Shown: piece after piece, positions 61,861 to 64,000 of the stretch | How the letters are laid out: each line of letters opens with the position of its first letter | Position numbering within the stretch: the stretch's first letter is position 1 | DNA from: Marinicella sp. | GTDB taxonomy: Bacteria; Pseudomonadota; Gammaproteobacteria; Xanthomonadales; Marinicellaceae | Direction of reading: 5' to 3' | Assembly (NCBI GenBank): GCA_965230295.1 | Contig: OZ246001.1 | Coordinates: 1,952,001 to 2,016,000, forward strand | DNA length: 64,000 bases | Program-made: the position numbers and the translations under genes | Notes under the pieces: generated by a model | The model's input: only the letters and a program-made list of their open reading frames with translations | Database searches by the model: none | Told to the model about the DNA's origin: nothing

Positions 61861-63210
61861 GTGAGTAAGCCACTACATGTGGTCATTTTGGCTGCTGGAG
61901 CCGGCACCCGCATGCATTCTAAAAAACTAAAAGTGTTGCATGAGGTGGCTGGCCAAGCAATGATTGATCATGTGGTCCAGCTGGCACAGGCCCTGGATCC
62001 AGCACAAATCACCATCGTTTTTGGTCATCATGCCAAGCAGTTGCTTAAGCATGGACATGATTTAAAAGTGAATTGGGCGGAACAAAAACAACAACTGGGA
62101 ACCGGGCATGCAGTGCAGCAAGCCACCGAATTTTTTCAAGACGATGAAGATGTGCTGGTGTTGTATGGAGATGCGCCCTTGGTACAAGCGGCTGATTTAT
62201 CGCCCTTAAAAGGTCAGCAATTTGTGCTGACCGCAGTGGTCGATGACCCAACTGGCTATGGACGCATCATCAGGTCAGGAGCAACCATAGATGCCATTGT
62301 TGAACAAAAAGATGCCTCAGAAGCAGAATTGTCGATTCAGGAAATTAATTCTGGCATCATCCAGGCTCCGGCTTTACAGCTGAAAGATTGGCTTGGCCAA
62401 TTGTCCAACGACAACCAACAACAAGAATACTACCTGACCGACGTGATTGGCCTGGCGGCTAAAGATGGCAAGCCTTTCAATGCTGCTGTGATGTCAGATG
62501 CCGATGCGGTCAAAGGTGCCAACGACATGCAACAACTGGCCGAATTGGAAGAATTGATGCAACAACGCATCCGCAAAAAATTGCTAACAAATGGGGTGCG
62601 CTTGATTCGCCCGGGATCAGTCGATGTGCGAGGCCAACTCGCTTGTGGTCAAGATGTGGTCATAGATAAAGGCGTGGTCATCGAAGGGAACTGCCAGTTG
62701 GGTGATGGTGTGCACATTGGAGCTTTCAGCGTCATTAAAAACAGTCAGTTGGCTGCAGGAACTGTGGTCGAACCGCACTCTATGCTGGATGGCGTGGTGA
62801 CTTCAGGGGCGTGTTCAATCGGCCCATTTGCCCGCCTCAGGCCGGGTACTGAATTGTCAGCCGGTTGTAAAGTGGGCAATTTTGTTGAAACCAAAAAGAC
62901 GCAAATGGGTCGAAACAGCAAGGCCAGTCATTTGACCTATCTGGGAGATGCTGTCATTGGACATGCCGTGAATATTGGTGCTGGCACCATCACCTGTAAT
63001 TACGACGGAGTGAACAAATTCACCACCACCATTATGGACGGTGCATTCATAGGTTCGGATACGCAGTTGGTGGCCCCGGTCACTGTAGGGGCTCATGCCA
63101 CCATTGGTGCCGGTTCAACCATCACCAAAGACGCCCCGGAAAATCATTTAACCTTATCCAGAAGCAGACAAAGAACTGTCGAGAATTGGCAGCAACCGAG
63201 AAAAAAATAA
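61861..63210 (+). CDS. glmU: Bifunctional UDP-GlcNAc pyrophosphorylase/glucosamine-1-P acetyltransferase
   Basis: LAAGAGTRM, QLGTGHA, GYGRI, GNFVE, NIGAGTITCNYDG. Confidence 0.97.
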   Translation: MSKPLHVVILAAGAGTRMHSKKLKVLHEVAGQAMIDHVVQLAQALDPAQITIVFGHHAKQLLKHGHDLKVNWAEQKQQLGTGHAVQQATEFFQDDEDVLVLYGDAPLVQAADLSPLKGQQFVLTAVVDDPTGYGRIIRSGATIDAIVEQKDASEAELSIQEINSGIIQAPALQLKDWLGQLSNDNQQQEYYLTDVIGLAAKDGKPFNAAVMSDADAVKGANDMQQLAELEELMQQRIRKKLLTNGVRLIRPGSVDVRGQLACGQDVVIDKGVVIEGNCQLGDGVHIGAFSVIKNSQLAAGTVVEPHSMLDGVVTSGACSIGPFARLRPGTELSAGCKVGNFVETKKTQMGRNSKASHLTYLGDAVIGHAVNIGAGTITCNYDGVNKFTTTIMDGAFIGSDTQLVAPVTVGAHATIGAGSTITKDAPENHLTLSRSRQRTVENWQQPRKK

Positions 63211-63211
63211 C

Positions 63212-64000
63212 ATGTGTGGAATCGTCGCAGTCAGTGCCAACCGAAATGTGGTTGATGTCATCGTTCATGGTTTACAAACTTTGGAGTACCGGGGTTATGA
63301 CTCAGCCGGAATTGCCATCATCACCGGAGATCAAATTGCTATACGCAAACAAGCCGGTAAACTCAGTAACTTAAAGCAGGAACTCAAAGAACAGCCCGTA
63401 GCCGGGCATGTGGGAATTGGACACACCCGCTGGGCGACACATGGCGAACCCACTTCAGCCAATGCCCATCCACATGATTCCAACAATGCCATTGCGGTGG
63501 TGCACAATGGCATCATCGAAAACTACCGACCCTTGCGGGAAAAACTCCTCGATGCCGGTTATGAATTCAAGTCTGAGACAGACACCGAAACCCTGGTTCA
63601 TTTGATTCATTATTACCAGGCCCAAGGCATGAACTTTTCGGCCGCCAGTCACAAAGCCATTGGTCAACTGGAGGGGGCTTATGCGGTGGCCATCACATGC
63701 ATGTCAGACCCTGATCGCATCATTGCTGCCCGCAAAGGCAGTCCGTTGGTGGTGGGTTTAGGCGATGGTGAAAATTTTGTCGCATCTGATGTTCAAGCCT
63801 TGATCAATGAGACCAATCAATTTTATTACCTCGAAGAGGGTGATGTGGTGGAAATCACCCAAAGCAGTTGTCAAATTTTTGATGCCACTGATCAGTTGGT
63901 TGAACGCGAGTTAAAAACCGTTACCCTGTCATCTGATGCCCTGACCAAAGATGGTTATGCGCATTACATGTTGAAAGAAATTCATGAGCAGCCCACAGCT
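63212..64000 (+). CDS. glmS: Glutamine--fructose-6-phosphate transaminase, 5' part; runs off window end
   Basis: Manual translation gives MCGIV...LEYRGYDSAG...GHTRWATHG...NAHPH...HNGIIEN. Confidence 0.97.
   Translation, partial: MCGIVAVSANRNVVDVIVHGLQTLEYRGYDSAGIAIITGDQIAIRKQAGKLSNLKQELKEQPVAGHVGIGHTRWATHGEPTSANAHPHDSNNAIAVVHNGIIENYRPLREKLLDAGYEFKSETDTETLVHLIHYYQAQGMNFSAASHKAIGQLEGAYAVAITCMSDPDRIIAARKGSPLVVGLGDGENFVASDVQALINETNQFYYLEEGDVVEITQSSCQIFDATDQLVERELKTVTLSSDALTKDGYAHYMLKEIHEQPTA

Noticed and set aside
63212-64000. Tn7 insertion at attTn7
   Set aside because: The glmS 3' end is outside the window, so this cannot be assessed.

Overview
Gammaproteobacterial chromosome segment. The gene order and the secreted-protein repertoire suggest a marine Marinicella/Xanthomonadales-like organism (inference only). 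Core genes: pyrF, degQ-like protease, msrB, biotin ligase, lptM-dapF-DUF484-xerC, atpIBEFHAGDC, lexA, a cold-shock gene, glmU and partial glmS. About 31 kb of mixed accessory genes separate atpC from glmU. No rRNA, tRNA, CRISPR array, transposase or prophage was seen. The most notable signals are non-coding or short motifs. (1) A two-armed REP-like element (arm X + arm Y) occurs six times with spacers from 22 nt to 1.7 kb; the largest encloses an AT-rich, frameshifted DUF262-HNH nuclease gene, which suggests gene capture. (2) A second repeat family of five copies grows from 149 to about 415 nt by nested hairpin modules, and some modules recur in the REP clusters and in the atpH-atpA spacer. 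(3) A guanidine-II riboswitch heads an operon of gdx, an unknown secreted protein and a glutamine amidotransferase. (4) lexA appears leaderless and has an alphaproteobacterial-type GTTC-N7-GTTC box between its -35 and -10. (5) Two unrelated secreted enzymes share a C-terminal NDxIFxDxFE tail, a candidate sorting signal.
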